A stretch of DNA of 56,892 nucleotides, taken from positions 1 through 56,892 of the forward strand of contig CAZXWC010000003.1 in the NCBI GenBank assembly GCA_964644525.1, in the 5' to 3' direction. Below the pieces are notes generated by a model. That model was not told the DNA's origin. It did no database searches and saw nothing but the letters and a program-made list of their open reading frames with translations. Position 1 is the first letter of the stretch. Each line of letters starts with the position of its first letter. A program made the position numbers and the translations under genes. This document shows positions 8,839 to 17,786 of this stretch, piece after piece. The stretch comes from an uncultured Peptostreptococcaceae bacterium (GTDB taxonomy: Bacteria > Bacillota > Clostridia > Peptostreptococcales > BM714).

Positions 8839-10287
8839 ATGAAAGACAAGAAACTCGAGTTTTACGGCGGCGAATGGATGTCCTTTATTCCATTTATTGT
8901 TTTCCTTGTACTCATCGTAATGACTACATTTGTTGCAGGTTCTATTTCCAACGGAGCTCTTTGGATTCCGGCCTTCATGGCCATGATTGTTGCATTTTTC
9001 TTTGCAAAGGACAAAAAAATCTTCAGCGAAACAATAATAAGCGGAATGGCAAGCAGAGAGGCTATAATTCCTGTGGTTTGTTGGATCTTTGCAGGAGTAT
9101 TCTCAAGAATACTTAGAGAATCGGGCCTTGCAGGAGGAATAGCCGGAATGGCTGCCAACATCGGTATAAGCGGGACCTTGTTTGTGGTGGTTTCATTTAT
9201 TGCATCTGCTGTATTTGCAACTGCATCAGGAACTGGATTTGGGACAATTGCAGCTGGAATGGGAGTTCTTTATCCTGCAGGAGTTGCGCTTGGGGCTCAC
9301 CCGGCACTGTTAGCAGGTTCAATTATATCCGGAGGAGCATTTGGAGACAATATGGCTCCTGTTTCGGATACTACAATTTGCTCGGCGACATCGCAGGGAG
9401 TTGATGTGCCCGGCGTTGTCAAGTCAAGGCTGAAATACGCATTAACTGCGGGGGCAATAACCATCGTGGGAATAATTATATTTGGAATGACTTCGAGTGG
9501 CACAGGCAACCCTGTGGGCCCAATAGAATATGAATCGATAGCCCTTTGGATGCTTGTTCCTGTAGCGCTTACGATTTATGTTGCAGTCAAGTCTGGTGAT
9601 ATAATAGTCGCCACTACTATCGGAAGTGTTATGGCAGGATTTACTGCTGTGCTTACAGGCATAATGGATTTCATACAAATAGATCCGGGTTCGGAAGTTA
9701 CAAAGAAAGCTTTGTTCAGGGTAGTAGGGGAAGGCCTTGACAGAACCGTTGATGGTGTAATTTATACCGGAATAAACAGCATGATCCAGGTTGTGCTATT
9801 AGCGATTCTTCTTTTTGGCTCTATTGCGATCATGAGAGCTGGTCATGGGGATGTAAAACTTTTGAAATCACTTGGAAAGGTTGCCAAGACTGCAAAAAGT
9901 GCTGAAATGTCAATAGCGGGAATGATTGTTACTCTTTCTGCACTTATGGGTCTGAATGCACCTGCCATATTGGCTATTGGATCTTCATTTGCCAAACCTC
10001 TTTCAAGAAAGCATGGAATCAGCCCATATAGGACAGCAAACTTGCTGGATGCAATTTCCTGTACATTGGTCTATTCCTTGCCATGGACACCTGCCATCAT
10101 ATACACCATAAGCTTTACAAGGGACAGCGCTTATCCTTTGACTGCTACACAGGTGACACCGTTTGTGTTCTATGCGGGAGCTATGCTTGTTGTAATGATT
10201 GCCAGCATATTCCTTGGTATAGGCAGGGATGACAACATGAATGGAAGAACCATAGCTGACTTTGAAAAAGAAGAAAAGGCAATGTAG
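8839..10287 (+). CDS. NhaC/Na+:H+ antiporter-family transporter, probably a Na+/amino acid transporter
   Basis: Polytopic membrane protein; SGTGFGTIAA, SGGAFGDNMAPVSDTTI signature of NhaC/MetT/ArcD-like carriers. Confidence 0.8.
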   Translation: MKDKKLEFYGGEWMSFIPFIVFLVLIVMTTFVAGSISNGALWIPAFMAMIVAFFFAKDKKIFSETIISGMASREAIIPVVCWIFAGVFSRILRESGLAGGIAGMAANIGISGTLFVVVSFIASAVFATASGTGFGTIAAGMGVLYPAGVALGAHPALLAGSIISGGAFGDNMAPVSDTTICSATSQGVDVPGVVKSRLKYALTAGAITIVGIIIFGMTSSGTGNPVGPIEYESIALWMLVPVALTIYVAVKSGDIIVATTIGSVMAGFTAVLTGIMDFIQIDPGSEVTKKALFRVVGEGLDRTVDGVIYTGINSMIQVVLLAILLFGSIAIMRAGHGDVKLLKSLGKVAKTAKSAEMSIAGMIVTLSALMGLNAPAILAIGSSFAKPLSRKHGISPYRTANLLDAISCTLVYSLPWTPAIIYTISFTRDSAYPLTATQVTPFVFYAGAMLVVMIASIFLGIGRDDNMNGRTIADFEKEEKAM

Positions 10288-10313
10288 ATTTTTAAAAGTA
10301 GTATTATATTCTT

Positions 10314-10365
10314 AAAAAGCACAGAATCCATTATTAGACAATAAATGGATTCTGTGCTTTTTTTT
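10314..10365. terminator. Bidirectional-type intrinsic terminator
   Basis: AAAAAGCACAGAATCCATT / AATGGATTCTGTGCTTTTT. Confidence 0.85.
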
Positions 10366-10385
10366 AAAAAACATATGTCAAAAAA

Positions 10386-10414
10386 TTTAGAAAATAAAGA
10401 AAAAATGATATAAT
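10386..10414 (+). promoter_or_regulatory. sigma-A promoter with extended -10 for the oxidoreductase operon
   Basis: TTTAGA-N17-TATAAT with TG at the extended position. Confidence 0.55.
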
Positions 10415-10451
10415 TCTATATAATACAACTTTCAAGCTGAGGAGGGATTAC

Positions 10452-10655
10452 ATGGACAGCGTGAAAATCATTTCTGGAAATTGCAAAGGTTGTGGATACT
10501 GTGTGGTGGTTTGTCCTAAAAAAGTTCTGGAAATAGGGGAATCTTCTAATAAAATGGGTTACAGGTATGCCACCGTAGCCAGGCCGGATGACTGCATAGC
10601 GTGCAAACTTTGCGCGGTTATGTGTCCGGATTCTGCCATAGAAATATTCGAATAG
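10452..10655 (+). CDS. 2x[4Fe-4S] ferredoxin, delta subunit of 2-oxoacid:ferredoxin oxidoreductase
   Basis: CKGCGYCVVVCP and CIACKLCAVMCP. Confidence 0.9.
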   Translation: MDSVKIISGNCKGCGYCVVVCPKKVLEIGESSNKMGYRYATVARPDDCIACKLCAVMCPDSAIEIFE

Positions 10656-10666
10656 GAGGTAAGCAG

Positions 10667-11740
10667 ATGAAAAAACATTTTATGAAAGGCTGCGAGGCGA
10701 TTGCGGAAGCGGCTCTAAGAGCCGGATGCACATTTTTTGCGGGCTATCCCATAACGCCTCAAAACGAGATTCCCGAGTACATGTCAAAAGAGCTGCCTCG
10801 ATATGGCGGAGTTTTTGTTCAAGGGGAAAGTGAAGTGGCTTCTGTCAATATGGTTCTTGGTGCGGCGGCTACAGGAGCGAGGGCTATGACATCTTCGTCG
10901 GGACCGGGAATAAGTTTGAAATCTGAAGGGATATCATACATAGCCGGATCAAGGTTGCCGGCTGTTATTGTCAGTGTTATGAGGGGTGGCCCAGGATTGG
11001 GTTCCATAATGCCGGCCCAGCAGGACTATCTGCAGGCTACCAAAGCTTCGGGTCATGGCGGATTCAGAATGATGGTTTTTGCGCCGTCCACCATACAGGA
11101 AGCTGTAGACTATACCCACAAGGCCTTCGACTATGCAGACAGGGACAGAAATCCTGTAATGATACTTGTAGACGGATGTTTGGGGGCCATGATGGAACCG
11201 GTTATTTTGCCCGAATACCACGACAACTGCAACAAGCAGGAGGACTGGGTTCTCGACGGATGCCGTCAAAGGGAGCCGAGGACTGTTTTGTCAGTATCCC
11301 TTACGGGGGAGCCCCAGGAGCAATTCAATATTGAGATGGCAAAACTTTATGAGTCATGGGCAGGGAAAGACACAGAAGTGGAGCTTTACGAAATGGATGA
11401 CGCGGAAATCGTTTTGGCCGCATACGGCACGAGCGCCAGAATAGCCAAAACTGCAATAGACACGCTCAGGGATGAAGGAGTAAAGGTTGGGCTGGTCAGG
11501 CCAATCACCTTGTATCCCTTCCCTTACGAGGTTTTTGAAAATCTTGACTACAAAAGGGTCAAGCATGTGCTTGATGTGGAAATGTCCATACCGGCGCAGA
11601 TGGTTGACGATGTAAGGCTGGGAGTTTTAAGGCGGGCTGAAATATCAACTTTTGGAAGGTCCGGAGGTGTCATCATAGGAGTGGATGAAATCGTTTGTGA
11701 AGTAAGAAGAATTGCTGAAGGGGGGGCTTTTAATGGATAA
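10667..11740 (+). CDS. 2-oxoacid:ferredoxin oxidoreductase alpha subunit (VorB/KorA-like)
   Basis: MKGCEAIAE...FAGYPITPQ, ESEVAS, TSSSGPG, RGGPGLG; start at ATG 10667 with RBS GGAGGT. Confidence 0.9.
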   Translation: MKKHFMKGCEAIAEAALRAGCTFFAGYPITPQNEIPEYMSKELPRYGGVFVQGESEVASVNMVLGAAATGARAMTSSSGPGISLKSEGISYIAGSRLPAVIVSVMRGGPGLGSIMPAQQDYLQATKASGHGGFRMMVFAPSTIQEAVDYTHKAFDYADRDRNPVMILVDGCLGAMMEPVILPEYHDNCNKQEDWVLDGCRQREPRTVLSVSLTGEPQEQFNIEMAKLYESWAGKDTEVELYEMDDAEIVLAAYGTSARIAKTAIDTLRDEGVKVGLVRPITLYPFPYEVFENLDYKRVKHVLDVEMSIPAQMVDDVRLGVLRRAEISTFGRSGGVIIGVDEIVCEVRRIAEGGAFNG

Positions 11741-12470
11741 AATCTATGGAAGGCCGGAGTCTATAAAGAACAGGGTAAGCACGTACTGCCCGGGCTGTCT
11801 ACATGGAGTTGCAAACAAAATAGTGGCTGAGGTTCTGGATGAGTTGGAACTCAGAGAAAAAACGATATGCGTTTTGCCTGTCGGGTGCGGGACACTAGGA
11901 CTCTTTTATTGGAATGTAGACATGATAAGCTCCGCCCATGGAAGGGCTCCTGCGGTTGCAACGGGCATAAAGAGATGCACGCCCGATAAATTCGTGTTTT
12001 GCTATCAGGGAGACGGGGACCTTGCCGCAATAGGCCTTTCGGAAATAATGCATGCCGCCAACCGTGGAGAGAACATATCCATTATTTTTGTAAACAACAG
12101 CATTTACGGAATGACCGGGGGACAGATGGCTCCCACGACTCTCGAGGACCAGTATTCTACAACCACGCAGAAGGGCAGAAACCCCATTACCGAAGGCTAT
12201 CCTATGAAGATGTGCGAAATAATATCCGGCCTTGAGGCGCCCAAATATGTTGCCAGGTTTTCCATGGATTGCCCAAAGAACATAATAAAGGCAAAGGCGG
12301 GCATCAAGAAAGCCTTTGAGCTGCAGATAGAGAAGAAAGGGTTTTCCTTTGTCGAGCTCATGTCCAACTGCCCGACCAACTGGGGTGTGACCCCGCTTGA
12401 GAGTCTTGAATGGATGCGCCAAAACACACTCAAGGTCTTTCCTCTCGGAGTTTACAAGGAGGTGGAGTGA
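11733..12470 (+). CDS. 2-oxoacid:ferredoxin oxidoreductase beta (TPP-binding) subunit
   Basis: YCPGCLHG, VGC, HGRAPAVATG, GDGD...NN..YGMTGGQ..PT, CPTNWG; start at ATG 11733. Confidence 0.9.
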   Translation: MDKIYGRPESIKNRVSTYCPGCLHGVANKIVAEVLDELELREKTICVLPVGCGTLGLFYWNVDMISSAHGRAPAVATGIKRCTPDKFVFCYQGDGDLAAIGLSEIMHAANRGENISIIFVNNSIYGMTGGQMAPTTLEDQYSTTTQKGRNPITEGYPMKMCEIISGLEAPKYVARFSMDCPKNIIKAKAGIKKAFELQIEKKGFSFVELMSNCPTNWGVTPLESLEWMRQNTLKVFPLGVYKEVE

Positions 12471-12471
12471 T

Positions 12472-12999
12472 ATGAAAAGCAGTCTCATCATAGGTGGTTT
12501 TGGCGGTCAGGGAATAATGCTGATGGGAAAACTCCTGGGCTATACGGCTTGCGAAGAAAGGCTTGAAGCTACATTTCTGCCTTCATATGGACCGGAACAG
12601 CGTGGGGGAACTGCAAATTGCCGGGTGGTTCTTTCGGATAAAAGGATAGGCTCACCCATAGAACCCAAAGTAGATGTTCTGATAGCAATGAACGAACCGT
12701 CGCTTGAAAGATTTGAGGAAGCGGTAAAAAACGACGGTGTGATTTTTGTCAACAGCAGCATAACTTCAAGAGAAACGTCATTCGGTGCGAAGGCTTTTTA
12801 TGTTCCTGCCGATGATATAGCATATAAAATTGGTTCCAAGAAGGTAGCCAACATAGTAATGCTAGGTGCATATATGGCAAAGGCTGGAATTTTGAGCGAA
12901 AGAGCTCTTGAGGCTGTGCTGAATGAAAAATTGGCCAAAAGGCCTGAACTGCTTGAAATGAACCGTTTGGCTTTATTAAGAGGGGCGGAAGTTGTTTGA
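12472..12999 (+). CDS. 2-oxoacid:ferredoxin oxidoreductase gamma subunit
   Basis: GGFGGQG, SYGPEQRGGTA, NIVMLGA; start at ATG 12472. Confidence 0.9.
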   Translation: MKSSLIIGGFGGQGIMLMGKLLGYTACEERLEATFLPSYGPEQRGGTANCRVVLSDKRIGSPIEPKVDVLIAMNEPSLERFEEAVKNDGVIFVNSSITSRETSFGAKAFYVPADDIAYKIGSKKVANIVMLGAYMAKAGILSERALEAVLNEKLAKRPELLEMNRLALLRGAEVV

Positions 13000-13010
13000 C
13001 CTATACGGAA

Positions 13011-13044
13011 AAATCCCCCGTTTGACCGGGGGATTTGTTTGTTT
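13011..13044 (+). terminator. Terminator after the oxidoreductase operon
   Basis: AAATCCCCCG / CGGGGGATTT followed by GTTTGTTT. Confidence 0.75.
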
Positions 13045-13120
13045 ATGATATGAAAAATGTTATTATGAGGCAAGATTAACTGCTTTGCAAATTGGATTTG
13101 ATTAAAGGAGGAAGCCAGCC

Positions 13121-14821
13121 ATGTATTTGCAAACAATAGCTCTTCATCTGTTCAGACAATTGGCTGTCTTTTTTATTTTCATATATCTTTTCAGCAGGTA
13201 CAAGGTTTTCAGAAAGATAATGACGAATGAGACGCCCCGTATTTCAGAGCGGATTTTTCTGATTGTTTTTTTTAGCGGCATATCCATTCTGGGAACGTAC
13301 ACTGGCGTTCCGGTAAAGAATGCCATAGCCAATACAAGGGCTGTAGGGATAATAGTATCCGGGTTGGTTGCGGGTCCGGTAGTTGGGACGATTGTTGGGA
13401 TGATAGTAGGAATACACAGGTATTTTATCGGGGGATTGACAATAATGGCCGCTTTGATATCCGCCGTCGGCCAAGGAATGCTTTCAGGATATCTTAGCAA
13501 GTGGATAAGCAAGCGTAGCCACTACTGGTTTGCGGGTTTCATGATAGGAGGAACGCTGGAAATTTTGCATATGCTGGTTGTAATTGCAATCACCCGCCCC
13601 ATAGAACCGGCTTTGGAACTAGTCCAGGTCATAGGGCCTCCTATGATTGTTGTAAATGCTTTTGGAGTAATGGCATTTTTGGCCATTCTTGAAAATGTGT
13701 ATAATGAACAGGAACGCATACAGGCAAACGCTGCGGAAAAGGCATTACAGATTGCCAACTTGACTTTGCCGGTGTTGAGAAAAGGGCTCAATTACAGTAC
13801 CGCGGAAGAGTTGGTAAGAATAATTTTTGACAGGGTAGAGGGGTTTGAGGCTATCTGCGTTGTTTCCAGAAAAAAAATCCTCGCTTCCATATTGGCTTCA
13901 GACAAAGGAATATTTCCTGAAAAGGGCCAAGAGCTTACTTCCGACAGTGTTCTGCGGGTTATAGAAACGGGCGAGGCTGGAATTGTTCCAAGGAGTTTTG
14001 AAGCTTCAAGCAGCAAAAAAATTACGGATTATACAAAAGTCATCGTTCCGCTAAAAGAGGAGACGGTAGTAGTCGGAGCCCTAATAATGTACAAGCCCGG
14101 ATTCGGAGGGGTTACCGTATTTGAATTGGAGCTTGCAAGGGGGCTTGCGCGTCTTATATCAACCCAATTGGAAATAAGTAAAATGCACCACAATGCTCAA
14201 CTTGTTTCCCAGGCAGAAGTCAAGGCCCTGCAGGCGCAGATAAATCCGCACTTTCTTTTCAATGCAATAAATACGATAGTTTACTACTGTATGACGGATG
14301 CCGAAAAAGCAAAGGATTTGATGATTTTTCTTGGAGAGTTCTATAGAAGCAATTTGACGGATTTCAAGCACAGGGTGGATATTGAAACGGAAATCCGCCA
14401 TGTGAATGCCTATGTCAGAATCGAAATGGCTCGTTTCGGAGAAAGGCTCAAGGTGAATTACCATATCAAGGAAGGAAAGGATTGCCTAATACCGCCTTTG
14501 ATTCTTCAGCCTCTTGTTGAAAATGCAATAAAGCACGGCGTTTTGCCTAAAAAAGAAGGCGGAAAAATAGACATATCGAGCCGAATTGAAGCCGGGCGGC
14601 TGATACTTGTTGTGGAGGATGACGGAGTCGGTACGGACATGGAAAAAATAAGAGGGATACTGAAGTATGATCCGCACCGAAAAAGCATAGGCCTATACAA
14701 TGTTTTCAGCAGAATGAAGAACATCTACAATGAAAATGTCATGCGGGTTGAAAGCGAGCCGGGAAAGGGAACTAAAGTCACAATATCAATACCGATTGAA
14801 GAAGGAGCTGTTCAAGAGTGA
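13121..14821 (+). CDS. LytS/YhcK-family sensor histidine kinase (5TM-LYT, GAF, HisK, HATPase)
   Basis: ANTRAVG...GL.AGP..G membrane domain; LQAQINPHFLFNAIN; LQPLVENAIKHG; DDGVG; GL.NV. Confidence 0.9.
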   Translation: MYLQTIALHLFRQLAVFFIFIYLFSRYKVFRKIMTNETPRISERIFLIVFFSGISILGTYTGVPVKNAIANTRAVGIIVSGLVAGPVVGTIVGMIVGIHRYFIGGLTIMAALISAVGQGMLSGYLSKWISKRSHYWFAGFMIGGTLEILHMLVVIAITRPIEPALELVQVIGPPMIVVNAFGVMAFLAILENVYNEQERIQANAAEKALQIANLTLPVLRKGLNYSTAEELVRIIFDRVEGFEAICVVSRKKILASILASDKGIFPEKGQELTSDSVLRVIETGEAGIVPRSFEASSSKKITDYTKVIVPLKEETVVVGALIMYKPGFGGVTVFELELARGLARLISTQLEISKMHHNAQLVSQAEVKALQAQINPHFLFNAINTIVYYCMTDAEKAKDLMIFLGEFYRSNLTDFKHRVDIETEIRHVNAYVRIEMARFGERLKVNYHIKEGKDCLIPPLILQPLVENAIKHGVLPKKEGGKIDISSRIEAGRLILVVEDDGVGTDMEKIRGILKYDPHRKSIGLYNVFSRMKNIYNENVMRVESEPGKGTKVTISIPIEEGAVQE

Positions 14822-15558
14822 GGATACTCATAGTTGACGATGAATTCCCTGCAAGGGAGATTCTGAAGATGTTTATAAACGAGATAACGGATATAGACGA
14901 AATACACGAGCGCGAGGACGGGCAGGAGGCGGTCGATTTTCTGAAAAAACACGAGGTTGATTTGGTCATGCTGGACATCCATATGAGCGTCAAGGATGGT
15001 TTGGCCGCCGCGGAAGAGATAAACAAGCTCAAGAATCCTCCACTTATAGTGTTTACGACCGGGTATGGAGAATATGCCCTGAAGGCATTCGAGAAAAAGG
15101 CTGTCGACTATATAATGAAGCCTTACTCGAAAGACCGTCTTAAGCAGACCTTCGAACGAATAGCGGAATTGGGAGTGGGGGCATGCTCGCGAGGGGATAT
15201 GGACAATTGGTATATGAAAATGGGAAAGATTCCTGTTTGGTCAAAAGACCGCCTGCTGGTGATAAGCGTGCATGACATACTCTTTGTCACTCCGCACAGC
15301 AAGGGCAAGGTGACGCTGTTTACACGGGATGGAGAGTTTGTCTACAAGGCGAATCTTGGAAGCCTCGAAAAATGTTTCGAGTCTGAATCTTTTCTCAGGG
15401 TCCACAAGAGCTATGTGGTGAATCTGGAGGAGATAGAGGAAATTATGCCGTGGTTCAACAGCACCTATATGCTTTCAATGAAAAACTACGGCGGGGACAA
15501 TATTCCTGTGAGCAGGCACTACATCAGGGAATTTAAAAAGGCAACCGGAATAGAATAG
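14818..15558 (+). CDS. LytTR-family response regulator
   Basis: IVDDE, LDIHM, FTTGY..YAL.AF...AVDY..KP; FLRVHKSYVVN, IPVSR; GTG start overlapping the kinase stop. Confidence 0.92.
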   Translation: MRILIVDDEFPAREILKMFINEITDIDEIHEREDGQEAVDFLKKHEVDLVMLDIHMSVKDGLAAAEEINKLKNPPLIVFTTGYGEYALKAFEKKAVDYIMKPYSKDRLKQTFERIAELGVGACSRGDMDNWYMKMGKIPVWSKDRLLVISVHDILFVTPHSKGKVTLFTRDGEFVYKANLGSLEKCFESESFLRVHKSYVVNLEEIEEIMPWFNSTYMLSMKNYGGDNIPVSRHYIREFKKATGIE

Positions 15559-15580
15559 AAGCCCTGCAACTTGGGGAATG

Positions 15581-15609
15581 AAAATGGACTCTTGGGTCCA
15601 TTTTTTTTT
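15581..15609 (+). terminator. Terminator after the LytTR regulator
   Basis: AAAATGGAC / GTCCATTTT plus a T run. Confidence 0.75.
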
Positions 15610-15753
15610 ATGTTGAAGAAACCGGGCATTGGCCACTAGAAAGTCGTGTTATTTTTATGACAGGCAAGCTTCATCGCCGTCGGAGAAGTGGCCAATCTTT
15701 GGCGGCAGGAATTTATCTATTCATTTGAAACATAATTTATGGGAGGTGCTGTA

Positions 15754-16146
15754 GTGGTAATTTTTGGTGGAATGATATTGTCGATTTGCATGTTTTTAGG
15801 TTTGTTTGTAGGTGATTTGCTTGGAAAAGCCATTGGAGTCAAGGGCAATGTCGGCGGTATCGGATTTGCGATGTTGCTGTTGGTTGTAGTGGTAGAATAT
15901 TTGCTTAAGAACGACATGATTTCTCAGAAGGCGCAGGACGGAATATACTACTGGCGGTATATGTACATACCACTCGTTGTAGCGATGGCATGCAGGCAAA
16001 ATGTTGTTGCAGCACTCAAGGGCGGACCTGTAGCAATAATATCCGGCGTTCTTGTTGTTATAGTACTCTTCTTGCTTGTTCCTTTGGTAACCAGACTTAT
16101 ACCGAAAAGCAAAATGGAATCTATAGATGAAGAGGAGGCGATCTAA
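15754..16146 (+). CDS. madL: Malonate transporter subunit MadL-like
   Basis: GDLLG..IGVKGNVGGIGFAM, YIP.VVAMA..QNVVAAL.GGPVA; start at GTG 15754 with GGAGG 7 nt upstream. Confidence 0.85.
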   Translation: MVIFGGMILSICMFLGLFVGDLLGKAIGVKGNVGGIGFAMLLLVVVVEYLLKNDMISQKAQDGIYYWRYMYIPLVVAMACRQNVVAALKGGPVAIISGVLVVIVLFLLVPLVTRLIPKSKMESIDEEEAI

Positions 16147-16913
16147 TGAATTTTATTGATATTGCTGTTGGCATATTTGTTAAATACGGATTGGTTATGT
16201 CCTTCATAACAATCGGAGCCATAATGGCTGTTTCAATCAAGCTTTCTGAAATGACAAACAAGCGGATTGCGGGATCGGCAATCGCCATAACAATCGGTCT
16301 GGTGCTTGCTTACTTCGGAGGTACATACGCCGGCGGATCTCACGGATTGGCGGACATTGCATTTTTCTCCGGAATTGGAGTAATGGGCGGCAAGATGCTT
16401 TTGAACTACGGGATCGTAGCAACAGCAATGGGCGTTCGTTTTGAAGAAATAAAAAAAGTCGGGTTCGCAGGCGTGCTGTCGCTCTTTGTGGGTGTATTCG
16501 CAGCTTATGGCGTTGGCGCACTTGTAGCATACGCTCTTGGATACCATGATCCTGTCGAGGTTTGCACGATAGCTTCAGGCACAACAGGATTCCTGATTGG
16601 TCCGGTAGTCGGGGAAGCCCTCGGAGGATCTTCGGCAGCGGTTACAATCGGCGTTGCATCGGGCGTGCTCAAGGCAGTTATAGTCATGATTGTCACTCCT
16701 TATGTAGCAAAAAGAATTGGACTTGACAACCCTCAAACAGCAATGGTGTTCGGAGGAATACTCGGTACTACAAGTGGAACTGTTGCCGGCTTGGCAGCGA
16801 CCGATGTCAGATTGGTGCCATACGGAGCAATGACTGCGACATTCTTCTCGGGTCTTGGAGTTCTTCTTTGCCCGTCGGTCATGTTCTTATTGACAAAAAT
16901 GATTCTGGGATAG
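16146..16913 (+). CDS. madM: Malonate transporter subunit MadM-like
   Basis: GSAIAI..GL.LAYFGG...GG..GLADI..F.G.G.MGG, P..AM.FGG..GTTSG...GLAATD..LVPYGAMTATF..GLG.L. Confidence 0.88.
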   Translation: MNFIDIAVGIFVKYGLVMSFITIGAIMAVSIKLSEMTNKRIAGSAIAITIGLVLAYFGGTYAGGSHGLADIAFFSGIGVMGGKMLLNYGIVATAMGVRFEEIKKVGFAGVLSLFVGVFAAYGVGALVAYALGYHDPVEVCTIASGTTGFLIGPVVGEALGGSSAAVTIGVASGVLKAVIVMIVTPYVAKRIGLDNPQTAMVFGGILGTTSGTVAGLAATDVRLVPYGAMTATFFSGLGVLLCPSVMFLLTKMILG

Positions 16914-16923
16914 CTGACTGCAT

Positions 16924-16963
16924 CTGCCGGAGGCTGAAGGTTCTAGCTTCCGGCAGCTTGTTT
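16924..16963 (+). terminator. Intra-operon stem-loop (weak terminator or mRNA stabiliser)
   Basis: CTGCCGGAGGCT / AGCTTCCGGCAG followed by CTTGTTT. Confidence 0.5.
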
Positions 16964-16992
16964 GATTGATTCGGCAATACGGGAGGGATGCT

Positions 16993-17766
16993 ATGAAAAT
17001 TTACGTGCTTACAGACAACCATGCGCTCAGAAATTTTGATGCGGAGTGGGGATTGTCATTCTTCATCGAGGTTGACGGCAAAACGATTCTTTTCGACTAT
17101 GGAAATACGGATCTTTATGTAAAGAACTCGATAAAACTTGGACTTGACATTTTCAATGCCGACTACTTTGTTTTAAGCCACGGACATTGGGACCATGGGA
17201 ACGGTTTGGTGCATTTGCCTAAAGGCAAACTGATTTGCCATCCGGGTTCATTCATAAAAAGATATCGCGGAAGCACATATCTGGGTTTGCCCTACACGTA
17301 CGAGCAAGCCGATGAGAAATTTCAACTCGACATGCACAGCGAAGCGTATGAATTTACCGAAAACATTTTTTTCATGGGGACTGTTCCTAGAGTTACATCG
17401 TTTGAGTCCAAAGGTACAGACCAGATTCTCGAGAGCGGGGAACTCGATCTTGTTGAGGACGACTCCGGGATTGCAATAAAAACGGAAAAAGGGCTCGTGG
17501 TAATTTCGGGATGCGCTCACGCAGGCATTTGTAATACAATCGAACACGCCAAAGAGATCACCGGAGAGGACAATGTCTATGCTGTCCTCGGAGGATTTCA
17601 TTTGAAGGGTGGAGATGAATTGACCGAATTGACCATCGAATATTTGAAGAAGCAGGATATTGAGTTTATCAGCACAAGTCATTGCACGAGATTTCCCGCA
17701 TTGGTCGAGTTTGCTAACGCTTTTGGAAGCAGTCCATTCGAAACTGGACAGATTTTGGAACTTTGA
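16993..17766 (+). CDS. MBL-fold metallo-hydrolase (COG1237-like)
   Basis: EWGLSF, LFDYG, LSHGHWDHGNGL, SGCAHAGICN, LGGFHL, SHCT; start at ATG 16993 with RBS GGAGG. Confidence 0.88.
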   Translation: MKIYVLTDNHALRNFDAEWGLSFFIEVDGKTILFDYGNTDLYVKNSIKLGLDIFNADYFVLSHGHWDHGNGLVHLPKGKLICHPGSFIKRYRGSTYLGLPYTYEQADEKFQLDMHSEAYEFTENIFFMGTVPRVTSFESKGTDQILESGELDLVEDDSGIAIKTEKGLVVISGCAHAGICNTIEHAKEITGEDNVYAVLGGFHLKGGDELTELTIEYLKKQDIEFISTSHCTRFPALVEFANAFGSSPFETGQILEL

Positions 17767-17786
17767 TAGAAAAGGCAGGTGGCGAT

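Noticed and set aside
17617-17634. 9-bp direct repeat GAATTGACC x2 in the MBL gene
   Set aside because: Only two in-frame copies; consistent with chance or a small duplication
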